Of a DNA stretch of 64,000 nt, positions 39,928 to 48,962 are shown piece after piece (positions within the stretch are counted from its first letter, which is position 1; the number at the start of each line of letters is the position of its first letter). The notes under the pieces are model-generated. The model worked only from the letters and a program-made list of their open reading frames with translations, made no database searches and was not told the DNA's origin. The translations under genes and the position numbers were made by a program. The stretch is from Candidatus Sericytochromatia bacterium (GTDB taxonomy: Bacteria > Cyanobacteriota > Sericytochromatia > S15B-MN24 > UBA4093): assembly GCA_036676985.1 (NCBI GenBank), contig JAKFBU010000043.1, positions 38,668-102,667 on the forward strand. Direction: 5' to 3'.

Positions 39928-41427
39928 CTAGTCCCGCGGCTTGTTGTGCGGGAAGAGGAGCACGTCGCGGATCGAGGCGGAGTTCGTCAGGAGCATCACC
40001 AGACGGTCGATGCCGATGCCCAGACCGCCCGTGGGCGGCATGCCGTGCTCGAGGGCCGTCAGGAAGTCCTCGTCGATCCGGTGCGCCTCGTCGTTGCCCA
40101 TCTCGCGCTCGCGCAGCTGATCCTCGAAGCGGCCGCGCTGATCGAGGGGATCGTTGAGCTCGCTGAAGGCGTTAGCCAGCTCGCGGCCCACGATGAAGGC
40201 CTCGAAGCGCTCGGTGAGCACCTCGTTGTCGCGATGGCGCTTGGCCAGGGGCGAGATCTCGATGGGCATATCGATGATGAAGGTCGGCTGGATGAGCGTG
40301 TCGCAGACGAGCACGTCGAAGATCTCGTTGATGAGGCGGCCGCGGGTGTGCTCCTTGGGCAGGGGCACGTGCAGCTCCTCGGCGAGCTTGACGAGCGCGG
40401 GCACGTCCAGGTCCACGACCTTGCGTCCGAGCTGCTTCTCGATGGCCTGCTCCATGGTCATGCGCGACCAGGGCGGCGTGAGGTCGATGGTCTGGTCGCC
40501 GTAGGGAATGACCATGGTGCCGAGCACCTGCTGGGCCACGGAGCTGACCAGCTCCTCGGTGAGGCGCATGACGTCCTGGTAGTCCGCGTAGGCCTCATAC
40601 ACCTCGATCATCGAGAATTCGGGGTTGTGTCGGGTCGAGATGCCCTCGTTGCGGAAGCTGCGGTTGAGCTCGTAGACCTTCTCGAAGCCGCCCACGATGA
40701 GGCGCTTGAGGTAGAGCTCCGGCGAGATGCGCAGGTGCAGCTCCATGTCGAGCGCGTTGTGGTGGGTGTTGAAGGGACGGGCCGCGGCGCCGCCGGGGAT
40801 GGCGTGCAGCATGGGCGTGTCCACTTCCATGAACCCGCGATCGTCGAGGAAGCGGCGCACGGCCTTGATGATGGCGGTGCGCTTCTTGAAGGTGTCGCGG
40901 ACCTCGTCGTTGACCATGAGGTCCAGGTAGCGCTGGCGGTAGCGCGCCTCGACGTCCGTGAGGCCGTGCCACTTGTCGGGCATTGGGCGAAGGCTCTTGC
41001 TGAGGAGCGTCCACGAGGTCACGGCCACCGAGAGCTCGCCGCGCTTGGTGCGGCGGATGGTCCCCTCGACGCCGATGAAGTCGCCCAGGTCTAGGAGGCT
41101 CAGGTTCTCGAAGGCCTCCTCGCCGATGGTGCCCTGCGACAGGAACAGCTGAATCTTGCCGGTGCCGTCCTGCAGGTCGACGAAGTTGAGCTTTCCGGAC
41201 TCGCGGCGGCCCATGATGCGACCGGCGACGCGAACCACGTCCGTGGTCTCCTCGCCGTTGGTCAGGTGCGCATACTTTTCCTGCAGGTCACCCGCAACGT
41301 GCGTGCGATCCCACTTGGCGGGATAGGGCTCGATGCCCTTGGCGCGGATCGCTTCGAGTTTCTGGCGACGGACCTGCTCTTGCTCGGACAGTTCGGCCTT
41401 CGGCAGGGTGGTCGACGTGGGTTCCAA
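39928..41427 (-). CDS. lysS: Lysine--tRNA ligase (class II)
   Basis: YRQRYLDL, GGAAARPF.THHN, FRNEGIS.RHNPEF, GMPPTGGLGIGIDRL. Confidence 0.98.
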   Translation of the reverse strand: MEPTSTTLPKAELSEQEQVRRQKLEAIRAKGIEPYPAKWDRTHVAGDLQEKYAHLTNGEETTDVVRVAGRIMGRRESGKLNFVDLQDGTGKIQLFLSQGTIGEEAFENLSLLDLGDFIGVEGTIRRTKRGELSVAVTSWTLLSKSLRPMPDKWHGLTDVEARYRQRYLDLMVNDEVRDTFKKRTAIIKAVRRFLDDRGFMEVDTPMLHAIPGGAAARPFNTHHNALDMELHLRISPELYLKRLIVGGFEKVYELNRSFRNEGISTRHNPEFSMIEVYEAYADYQDVMRLTEELVSSVAQQVLGTMVIPYGDQTIDLTPPWSRMTMEQAIEKQLGRKVVDLDVPALVKLAEELHVPLPKEHTRGRLINEIFDVLVCDTLIQPTFIIDMPIEISPLAKRHRDNEVLTERFEAFIVGRELANAFSELNDPLDQRGRFEDQLREREMGNDEAHRIDEDFLTALEHGMPPTGGLGIGIDRLVMLLTNSASIRDVLLFPHNKPRD

Positions 41428-41520
41428 GGTGGCCTCCTGGTATGCGTCTAGAACGGCTGAGAGAGCTTTGATTATAGCATGAGGGCCCTCTGAGGGCCCG
41501 AGGCGACGGGGTTTGCCGCC

Positions 41521-42591
41521 TTAATACCAACGGTAGGAAATGTTGTCGGTGGTATCGACCGCACCGAACCGTTGCGGCTGCGTGCCGGTCAGTTCGGTGT
41601 ACTTGGGCGAATACCAGTCGCAGTCGACGATCTTGCTGCCGTTCTTGGCGGTCACCGAGATGGCGGCCGCCACGTCGCCGCCCGCGATCTGCGACTGCAC
41701 GCGCCGCTTGATGACCTCCCGCAGGTCGTCGGCGTTGAACTCGTCCACCTTGAGGCGCAGCGTGATCGTGTGGGCGCGGGCGTTACCATTGCCGACCCGT
41801 TTAACGGTGGTCTCGAACTGCGCGTCCGTCAGGCGCTGCCCCATCATGGACTGCGCCGTGAAAGCCTTGTCGAACGAGACCTCGAAGGCGTTCGGCCCCG
41901 ACATGGCGGCCGAGAAGCGCGCCTTGAGGCCCTGCTCCACGCGGACGGCCTGGATGGCCTCCGGTGTGAAGTCCACGGCCAGGTTCCGCTCGGGCAGGTA
42001 CAGCGTGTAAGTGCGCGCCGCGCGGTTGTAAAGGATGCGCCCCTGGGGAGCCAGCGCCCGGAGGACGCCCGGGTCACCGCCGATCTGGACGCCGGGCAGG
42101 TTGAGAACACCCATCGCCTCGGCGGGCACGCCCCCGCCCGAGTAGCTGATCGACTCCAGCACCAGCTTACCGCCCGCCGGACGGTACTTGAGCTCGAGGC
42201 CGAGGGAGGTGTAGCGGAAGCGGTGGTCCTTCATGGCGAGGTCCGGCGCCCCCAGGACGGCCTTGACCTTGGAGTCCGGCAGGCCGAGCTCCAGGTCCTC
42301 GAGCTTCATGATCTTGGCCGGCTTGGAGGGATCCGACGCCTCGCTGATGGCGTCCTTGGGCGGCGGAGTCTCGGCCCGTGCGGTCGCCTTCGGCTGGATG
42401 GCCGCGAGTAGGGCCCGCTGGCGCTCCTCTTCCTCGAGTCGCATCTCGTTCAGCGCGATCGCCCCCACCGTGACGAACGTACCCATGACCAGACCCGCGC
42501 CGATGAGCGCGTTGCGGATCCGGACCTTGCGGGCGTCTTGCTTCTTCTTGCGCCGGCGCTTGCCGGACTTGGGGCGCTTGCTGGGAGGCAT
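41521..42591 (-). CDS. Hypothetical membrane-anchored protein
   Basis: Basic N-terminus, single TM helix, periplasmic domain with LG...KVKAVLGAP-type repeat. Confidence 0.75.
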   Translation of the reverse strand: MPPSKRPKSGKRRRKKKQDARKVRIRNALIGAGLVMGTFVTVGAIALNEMRLEEEERQRALLAAIQPKATARAETPPPKDAISEASDPSKPAKIMKLEDLELGLPDSKVKAVLGAPDLAMKDHRFRYTSLGLELKYRPAGGKLVLESISYSGGGVPAEAMGVLNLPGVQIGGDPGVLRALAPQGRILYNRAARTYTLYLPERNLAVDFTPEAIQAVRVEQGLKARFSAAMSGPNAFEVSFDKAFTAQSMMGQRLTDAQFETTVKRVGNGNARAHTITLRLKVDEFNADDLREVIKRRVQSQIAGGDVAAAISVTAKNGSKIVDCDWYSPKYTELTGTQPQRFGAVDTTDNISYRWY

Positions 42592-42632
42592 GGCGATTCT
42601 CCTCCAGGCTTCCTACCCGAGCGGACGGGCGA

Positions 42633-42668
42633 ACGAAACGGGCCCCGGCGATCGCCGGGGCCCGTTCC
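42633..42668 (-). terminator. Terminator hairpin
   Basis: AACGGGCCCCGGCGATCGCCGGGGCCCGTT palindrome. Confidence 0.7.
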
Positions 42669-42681
42669 TTCCGGATGGTGC

Positions 42682-43449
42682 TTAGACGGTCGCGAGGGTC
42701 GCGCCGGCCGAGCGGACGCTCTCCAGGGCCTTGACCACGTTCGTCGAGACATTCTCCATCTCGGCGGCGGTGTGGCAGCGGCTGACCGCGCGGCCCACGC
42801 CCACGCCGTTGGCGCCCGCGGCGATCGCGAAGGCGGCGTTGGCCGGGGTGATGCCGCCCGCAACGAACAGGGGCAGCTCGATGACGCGGCGGATCTCGGC
42901 GGCGTTCGCGAGAGCGGCCGTGATCGAGGCGATCGCGCTCTGGGTGTCGACGACGTCGACCGAGCTCTGGACGCCCTCGGACTGGATGAGGTCCGCACCG
43001 GCGGCCTGGAGGCTGGTCGCGAGGTCCAGCTGGGTCGCGAGCGACAGGCGGCCCGAGATCGTCACGCACAGGGGCAGGCGATCGCCCACCGCGGCCTTGA
43101 TCTCGCGGGTCCAGTTGAGGATCTCCTCGGCCGTGGGCTCGATGCCGCGGGCGTAGAGGGCATCGAAGTTGCCGAGCTCGAGGACGTCGGCGCCCGCCTC
43201 AGCGGCGGCGACGAGCTTCGCGGGCTCGGTGGACGAGACGAACACGGCCAGGTTGGTCGAGGCCTTCACCTTGGCGATGAGCTGGGCGTCGGCGGCGATG
43301 TCCACGGCGTGGGCGCCGGCCGCGGTGGCGGCCTCCACCACGTTCAGGACGTTGGCGACATCGTAGTTCTCGATCCCGGCGATCACCTTCACGAAGGTGC
43401 GGCTGGCGAGCGCCTGGTTCATGCGGGTCATGGCTGCGTTGGAGTGCAT
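42682..43449 (-). CDS. ycf23: DUF561/Ycf23 family TIM-barrel protein
   Basis: KVIAGIENYD, AVDIAAD, AGADVLELGNFDALY, GADLIQSEG, AGANGVGVG. Confidence 0.85.
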   Translation of the reverse strand: MHSNAAMTRMNQALASRTFVKVIAGIENYDVANVLNVVEAATAAGAHAVDIAADAQLIAKVKASTNLAVFVSSTEPAKLVAAAEAGADVLELGNFDALYARGIEPTAEEILNWTREIKAAVGDRLPLCVTISGRLSLATQLDLATSLQAAGADLIQSEGVQSSVDVVDTQSAIASITAALANAAEIRRVIELPLFVAGGITPANAAFAIAAGANGVGVGRAVSRCHTAAEMENVSTNVVKALESVRSAGATLATV

Positions 43450-43527
43450 GGCGACTTCTCCCTAATCAAAGTGCTCAAAAGACAAGCGAGCTTTGATTAT
43501 AGGGGCCGCGCGCTCCTGTTGTACAGC

Positions 43528-44235
43528 CTAGCCCAGCAGGCCCTCCTCGCCTTCCTCCTGGAACCCGCCCCGGTGTCCGCCCGGGAAGTCGTTGGGGTCG
43601 AGGATGGGATCCTGCAGCTCCGGGTTCTGGGTGCGGGCCGAGGTCTCGTCCCGCTCGAAGACGTAGTCCGCGTCCTCCTGCGCCTCTTCCTCCATGCGCC
43701 GGAGGCCCTGCACGGAGGCGAGCGTCACCGTCGTGATCTTGTCCGGGATCACGATCTCGTCGCCCCGGAACTCCATGTCCGTGCTCGGCGCCAGGATCTG
43801 GGTCTTGCGGTGCTCGGTCTCGATGGCGTCGTTGGTCACCTCGTAGCCGAGAATGGCGCCGTCCTCCTCGTCCACGAAGAAGTCGACCACGGTCCCCAGG
43901 CGCTTGCCGCTCCGGGTCACGATCGGGTGGTCGAGCAGCGTGCCGGTGGCCGAGACCAGGGAGTCGTCGCCGTAGTTCAGCAGATCGAGCCCTGCCGTCT
44001 CGGCGATCTCGTCCGAGACAACAGCCTGGTGCGGATCGAAGCTCGCGATCTGGGTGAAGGGCAGGTCGTTGTCGGAGCCCGAGACCTGCCGGTTGTCCAT
44101 CACCCAGGTGATACCAAGCTTGACGACGCGCTGCTCAGCCGGATCGAGGAACGCGTCGGTGATGTCACCCATGTGGACCTGGCGCTCGGTGACCACCGGA
44201 AGGTCCATCAGATTGCGGCCGCCTCGAATTCTCAC
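43528..44235 (-). CDS. Tandem PRC-barrel protein
   Basis: LMDLPVV...MGDITDAFLD and LLDHPIVTRSGKRLGTVVDFFVD. Confidence 0.8.
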   Translation of the reverse strand: MRIRGGRNLMDLPVVTERQVHMGDITDAFLDPAEQRVVKLGITWVMDNRQVSGSDNDLPFTQIASFDPHQAVVSDEIAETAGLDLLNYGDDSLVSATGTLLDHPIVTRSGKRLGTVVDFFVDEEDGAILGYEVTNDAIETEHRKTQILAPSTDMEFRGDEIVIPDKITTVTLASVQGLRRMEEEAQEDADYVFERDETSARTQNPELQDPILDPNDFPGGHRGGFQEEGEEGLLG

Positions 44236-44343
44236 GCTGTCACTCCTTCCGCACTGCTGTTGGGCGTTAATATAACGTTACGTGCATGGGAGTACAACAG
44301 CCGAACGGACCGGGCCGGAGGCCCTACCGGAAGGCGTTTGCGG

Positions 44344-44937
44344 TTACTTCTTGAGGGGATCGAGGAAGTCGGTGCCGCCGGTTCCGCTCTTCTGGACACC
44401 TGCGACCTTCTTGATGAGCAGGAACAGGCGCGTCAGGTCGTTGCGGAACTCCTGGGCCTTGAACTCGAGCTGGCGGAGGCGCTCCTCGAGGTGTTCGGGC
44501 AGCTCGGCGCCGCTGTGCTCGAGCAGGATTTGCTTGCGCTCGCCGAGCAGCATGTTCAGCTGCTCCTGCGTGTAATCCCGCTCGTTCGAGATGAGCTTGT
44601 ACATGTATTGCGGGTTCTGGAACTCGGGGATGAGCGTGGGCGTGGCCTCGTAGGCGGCGATCAGGTAGCGCCGCTCCTCGGACTGCTTGGCCTTCTCTTC
44701 CGGGCTCAAGGGAGCCGTGACGGCCTTCTTCTCGCCGATGGGACCGGTCGAGCCACCCTCGGTGGGGCCCGTCTTGGAGCGCACGAACTGCTCGCCGGTC
44801 CCGGGCTTCTTCACCATGGGGCCGGTGTTGCCCGTGCGGCCGCGCGAGGGCGTAGGAGCAGGGGCCGGCTCGGCCTTCTTGAGGCCCAGGGAGCCGAGGA
44901 TGTTGTCGAAGAAGCCGGGTTTCTTGTCGTTGGCCAT
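44344..44937 (-). CDS. Hypothetical protein
   Basis: Coding codon bias; disordered N-terminus with TGP repeats; helical C-terminus. Confidence 0.75.
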   Translation of the reverse strand: MANDKKPGFFDNILGSLGLKKAEPAPAPTPSRGRTGNTGPMVKKPGTGEQFVRSKTGPTEGGSTGPIGEKKAVTAPLSPEEKAKQSEERRYLIAAYEATPTLIPEFQNPQYMYKLISNERDYTQEQLNMLLGERKQILLEHSGAELPEHLEERLRQLEFKAQEFRNDLTRLFLLIKKVAGVQKSGTGGTDFLDPLKK

Positions 44938-45029
44938 GCTGCGCCTCTAGCCCCGGATCCGGGTGCAGCTTACCTATACCCTCGTTGCCTGCCTTTGTCA
45001 CCAGGGGGCGGCAAGGCGCTCCCCGTCAC

Positions 45030-45061
45030 GAAAAAGGTCCCCCCGACGTGCGGGGGGACCT
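45030..45061 (-). terminator. Rho-independent terminator
   Basis: GGTCCCCCC-GACGTGC-GGGGGGACC followed by TTTTT on the minus strand. Confidence 0.8.
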
Positions 45062-45075
45062 CAGGACCGGTTCGA

Positions 45076-47688
45076 CTAGGTGAACAGGTGGGTGATCGTG
45101 TCGTAGATGCCCGTGTTGCGGAACATGCGGTCGAAGGCCATATAGCCGAGGATGCCGATGGCACCCGCCGCGATCGTCAGCGGCCAGCCCACCACACCCA
45201 GGGCGCCGAGGGCCGCGATCGCCCCACCCGAGGCCAGGGCCGAGACCACGCCGCCGACGGCACCGCCGAGCGTGTCGCCGAAGACGTTGCCGAGAGCCTT
45301 GCGCCAGGTGCGCTCGCCTTTGAGCATGAAGAAGAGGTTCTCGGCGACCGAGAAGACGGCCGAGAAGATGGCGCTCGACTTGAAGGCCTTGCCGAGCCCG
45401 GGCAGCATCTTGGCGAACCCTTGCTTGATGGTCTGCCAGCCGGCCGAGTTGCTCGCACCCTTGGTGAACTTGCCGAAGAAGCCCTTGACGGACTCGCCGA
45501 CCTTGGAGAGCGCACCCTTGGCCTTGCCGAGGATGCCCTTGGCGCCGTTCATGATCCCGTTGGCGGCGCCACCGCCCGCTTCGGCGGCGACGGCGACGTC
45601 CTTGGCGGCCTCGGCCACGGCCTTGGCACCCTTACCGGCCTTGGCGGCCTTGGTCGCGACCTCGGTGGCCTTCTCGGCGGTCTGAACGACCTCGGCGGCG
45701 GCCTTTGCGCCCTTGCCGGCGCGAGAGGCCTTGGCGGCCGTCTCGGTGACCTTCTCGGCGGTCTGGACCACGTCCTTGGCGGCCTTGGTCGTCTTCACGC
45801 CCTTGGCGACCCGAGCAGAGCTCGTGGCGGTACGGCCGGCGACCTCGGTGGCCTGGGCGGCCTTCGAGGCCTTGGCGGAACGGGTGACGGTGGTGGCCAC
45901 GGTGCCCGACTCGGCGGCGACGGTCGCGCCCTTACCGGCCTTCGCGGCCTTGGTCGCGGTCTCGACCGCCTTCTCGGCCGTGGCGACGACCTCGCCTCCT
46001 GCCTTGACGGTGGCCTGAGCAGCTCCCTTGGCGGCCTTGGTGGTGGCGACGCCCTGCTTGCCGAAGGCCGCCATGACCTCGTCGGCCTTGTCGCTCAGGC
46101 GCAGGGCTTCTTGCACCTGCGGGTTGGCAAGGCCGAGCTTGTTCTTGGCATGCACCATGCGGAAGGCGGCCGGAGTGTTGCCCTGCTGGTAGAGCTCCTT
46201 TGCCCGCTTCATGCGGTCGGCCAGGTCGGTGAGCGTCTTGGCCTCGGCCACGTTGCCCGTCTTGGTGAGGACCTTGGCGCGCTCGGTCAGGCGCTTGGCC
46301 ACATCCGTGAACTCGCCCGCGCCCTTGAGGTTCGCGACCTTGACGGGGACCTTGGCCCCGTTGGTCAATACCTGCGCTGCCTTGCCGTTGCTCGCCGTCT
46401 TGCCGAAGGCCGCGACCACGTCATCCGCACGGTTGCTGAGCCGGAGGGCCTCCTGCACCTGCGGGTTGCGCAGGCCAATCTTGTTCTTGGCGTGCAGCAT
46501 CCGGAAGGCGGCCGGGGTGTTGCCTTGCTGGTAGAGCTCCTTGGCCCGCTTCATGCGACCGGCCAGGTCGGTGAGGGTCTTGGCCTCGGCAGCATTACCC
46601 GTTTGCGCGAGGACCTTGGCACGCTCGGTCAGGCGCTTGGAGACGTCGGTGAACTCGGCGGCACCCTTGAGGTTCGGGACCTTGACGGGCACCTTGGCGC
46701 CATTGGTCAGGACCTGTGCGGCCTTGCCGTTGCTCGCCGTCTTGCCGAAGGCGGCCAAGACGTCGTCGGCCTTGTCGCTCAGGCGCAGGGCTTCCTGGAC
46801 CTGCGGGTTGGCAAGGCCGAGCTTGTTCTTGGCATGCAGCATGCGGAAGGCGGCCGGGGTGTTGCCCTGCTGGTAGAGCTCCTTGGCGCGCTTCATGCGA
46901 TCGGCCAGGTCGGTGAGGGTCTTGGCCTCGGCGACGTTGCCAGTCTGCGTGAGGACCTTGGCGCGCTCGGTCAGGCGCTTGGAGACGTCGGTGAACTCGG
47001 CGGCACCCTTGAGGTTCGGGACCTTGACGGGCACCTTGGCGCCGTTCTTGAGAACGGTCGAGGCCTTGGGCGCGACGGGTGCTGCCGGCACGGCAGGCGC
47101 CGGAGCCACCGGAGTCGCGGGCACGGAGGGCTTGGTCGCGACGCGGCGCGCGCCGGTGGCCACGCGGGTGGTGGTCTTGGGGGCGCGGGGGCGCGGAACG
47201 GTCTTGGTGACCTGGGTCGGGATCTCGCCCGGCGTGACGGGGGGCTTCTCGATGGGCACCACGGGAGGCTCCACGTTCACCGGGGGCTTCTTGGGCCGCG
47301 CGGTGGTGGAGGCGTCCTTGATGGCGTTGCCGATGGGGTCCTTTGGGGTCGCCGGCTTGCCCTTGGGCACCTTGGTGGCCGGGTCCTTGATGATGTTGGC
47401 GGCAGGATCCTTGGCGCCCGGGGAAATCTCGACGTGGTCACCCGGCTGGAAGCCGGTGAGCTCGCCCACGCCCTTGCCGACGAGCTTCCAGCCCTCGGCG
47501 ACCTGCTCGTTGGCGAGGACCGACCTGGCGCCGTCCTCGAGCGTATGAGGGAGATCCTTGAGCGCGGCCTGGGCCTTTTCCGGCAGGTTTCCGAGCGACT
47601 CGGGCAGGTTGGACGCCAGCGAGCCCGCCTGTGAGGGGAGCTGCTTGATGCGCGCCATGAACGTCTGACCCCAGTTGCGGATATCCAT
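45076..47688 (-). CDS. Large repeat protein with C-terminal glycine-zipper hydrophobic region
   Basis: GGAGG RBS; Pro-rich linker; three 114-aa repeats; Ala/Lys/Thr repeats; GGAVGGVVSALASGGAIAALGALG. Confidence 0.85.
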   Translation of the reverse strand: MDIRNWGQTFMARIKQLPSQAGSLASNLPESLGNLPEKAQAALKDLPHTLEDGARSVLANEQVAEGWKLVGKGVGELTGFQPGDHVEISPGAKDPAANIIKDPATKVPKGKPATPKDPIGNAIKDASTTARPKKPPVNVEPPVVPIEKPPVTPGEIPTQVTKTVPRPRAPKTTTRVATGARRVATKPSVPATPVAPAPAVPAAPVAPKASTVLKNGAKVPVKVPNLKGAAEFTDVSKRLTERAKVLTQTGNVAEAKTLTDLADRMKRAKELYQQGNTPAAFRMLHAKNKLGLANPQVQEALRLSDKADDVLAAFGKTASNGKAAQVLTNGAKVPVKVPNLKGAAEFTDVSKRLTERAKVLAQTGNAAEAKTLTDLAGRMKRAKELYQQGNTPAAFRMLHAKNKIGLRNPQVQEALRLSNRADDVVAAFGKTASNGKAAQVLTNGAKVPVKVANLKGAGEFTDVAKRLTERAKVLTKTGNVAEAKTLTDLADRMKRAKELYQQGNTPAAFRMVHAKNKLGLANPQVQEALRLSDKADEVMAAFGKQGVATTKAAKGAAQATVKAGGEVVATAEKAVETATKAAKAGKGATVAAESGTVATTVTRSAKASKAAQATEVAGRTATSSARVAKGVKTTKAAKDVVQTAEKVTETAAKASRAGKGAKAAAEVVQTAEKATEVATKAAKAGKGAKAVAEAAKDVAVAAEAGGGAANGIMNGAKGILGKAKGALSKVGESVKGFFGKFTKGASNSAGWQTIKQGFAKMLPGLGKAFKSSAIFSAVFSVAENLFFMLKGERTWRKALGNVFGDTLGGAVGGVVSALASGGAIAALGALGVVGWPLTIAAGAIGILGYMAFDRMFRNTGIYDTITHLFT
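46055..47050 (-). repeat. Three intragenic tandem repeats, 342 bp period
   Basis: NGAKVPVKV.NLKGA.EFTDV.KRLTERAKVL unit begins near 47042, 46700 and 46358. Confidence 0.95.
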
Positions 47689-47783
47689 GCGTGTTCCTCC
47701 GGACGGTCCTTCTTATGTATCCCCCAAAAGGCCCGCTTTCTTTCCTATTTTTCGGTTAATTGTCTGTAAAAGTCCAAGGCAAG

Positions 47784-47850
47784 AGCCGGCTCCCAGACGG
47801 GAGCCGGCTAATGGGGTGGGGTTGGGGGTTGGGGTTGGGGTTGGGGGAGG
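47784..47850. repeat. Hairpin plus (GGGGTT)n G-tract array
   Basis: AGCCGGCTCCC-AGAC-GGGAGCCGGCT, then six runs of 4-5 G. Confidence 0.85.
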
Positions 47851-47858
47851 AAAGCTGA

Positions 47859-48722
47859 TTAGCGGGCCGGGGCGAAGGCGGGCTCGGTGCGCTGCGAGAA
47901 GTCGACCATGTCCTGGCCCACCTCGCCGATGCCGCGGACGACGCTGCGGGCAGCCGCCTTGGGCACCTCGACGGCCTGGGTGCCGAGCCAGTTGAGGCCC
48001 TCGACCGTGGAGTTGTAGGCATCGTTCACGCCCTTGGCGAGCACGGTGCCGGCGTTGCGGACGGCCTGGCCGGCGGCCCGCGAACCGTTCTGGATGGCGA
48101 TACCGGTCTGCTCGATGCCCTTGCCGATGGCGACGCCGGTCGAGACGAAGCCGTCGAGGACGTAGTTGGCGCCGTGGTTGATCAGGCGGCCGAGCGACTG
48201 GAAAGCACCCCGGATGCCCTTGGCGGCGTTGTTGATGCCGGCGGAGATCTGACCACCGACCCAGCTCGCGCCGTCGGCGATCGCCCGACCGGCATTGCTG
48301 ACGGCCTTGACCATCGGCAGCTCGCCGACTTCCTTGCGGGCGGCAGCGGCCTCGGCGTCCATGATCTTCTGAGCGGCGATCTTCCACTTGCCCTGGGGAT
48401 CCATCGGCAGGTTCCAGATCTTCTCGAGGGCGGCCTTCTTGTGACGGGCGTGGATGGCCGCGATCTCGGCGACGAGCACCGGGGGCAGCGTCTCGGCGAC
48501 CAGGTGGAGGCCGGTGAGGGCCGAGTTCATCTTCTTGTCGAACTCACCCTTCACGTACTCGCCGACCGTCGGGTAGCTGGCCTCGGTCGAAAGCTGAATC
48601 GAATCGCCCTGGAGCGCCCGGCTCTGAGCCTGGGGCTTGGGGGCGGCGACGACCTCGCCCTGCTGGGCGGTCGCGCGGACCTTGGCGGTCTGAGTGTTGT
48701 TGAAGCTGCGAATCTCGAACAT
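47859..48722 (-). CDS. Hypothetical protein, paralogue of 48963-50090
   Basis: Shared YPTVGEYVKG...HKKAAL..IW.LPMDPQGKWK domain; amphipathic C-terminal repeats. Confidence 0.85.
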   Translation of the reverse strand: MFEIRSFNNTQTAKVRATAQQGEVVAAPKPQAQSRALQGDSIQLSTEASYPTVGEYVKGEFDKKMNSALTGLHLVAETLPPVLVAEIAAIHARHKKAALEKIWNLPMDPQGKWKIAAQKIMDAEAAAARKEVGELPMVKAVSNAGRAIADGASWVGGQISAGINNAAKGIRGAFQSLGRLINHGANYVLDGFVSTGVAIGKGIEQTGIAIQNGSRAAGQAVRNAGTVLAKGVNDAYNSTVEGLNWLGTQAVEVPKAAARSVVRGIGEVGQDMVDFSQRTEPAFAPAR

Positions 48723-48860
48723 ATCCCTTTTCCTCCTATCCCCTGCGGGGTCCCCACCCCGCACCAGGTCATTAACGCCTCGCTAACACCTGGTGATTCT
48801 CTTATCCGGAGATCGGCCGGGAACTTGCCTAAAACCAGTTGAAAGTTGGGTTAAACATGG

Positions 48861-48960
48861 CCAGCCGGCTCCCTTTCGGGAACCGGCTGGTCGGGGATGG
48901 GGATGGGAGTTGGGGATTCGGGGGTTGGGGAGAGGGGGAGGATTGGGGAACGGTGGGGGC
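48861..48960. repeat. Hairpin plus G-tract array (second copy)
   Basis: CCAGCCGGCTCCC-TTTC-GGGAACCGGCTGG, then about nine G-runs. Confidence 0.8.
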
Positions 48961-48962
48961 GC

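Noticed and set aside
46055-47050. CRISPR array
   Set aside because: Repeats are 342-bp in-frame coding units without unique spacers; no cas genes in the window
42538-47634. 1698-aa plus-strand ORF
   Set aside because: Antisense shadow of four genuine minus-strand genes; stop-poor because of high GC3; no recognisable motifs
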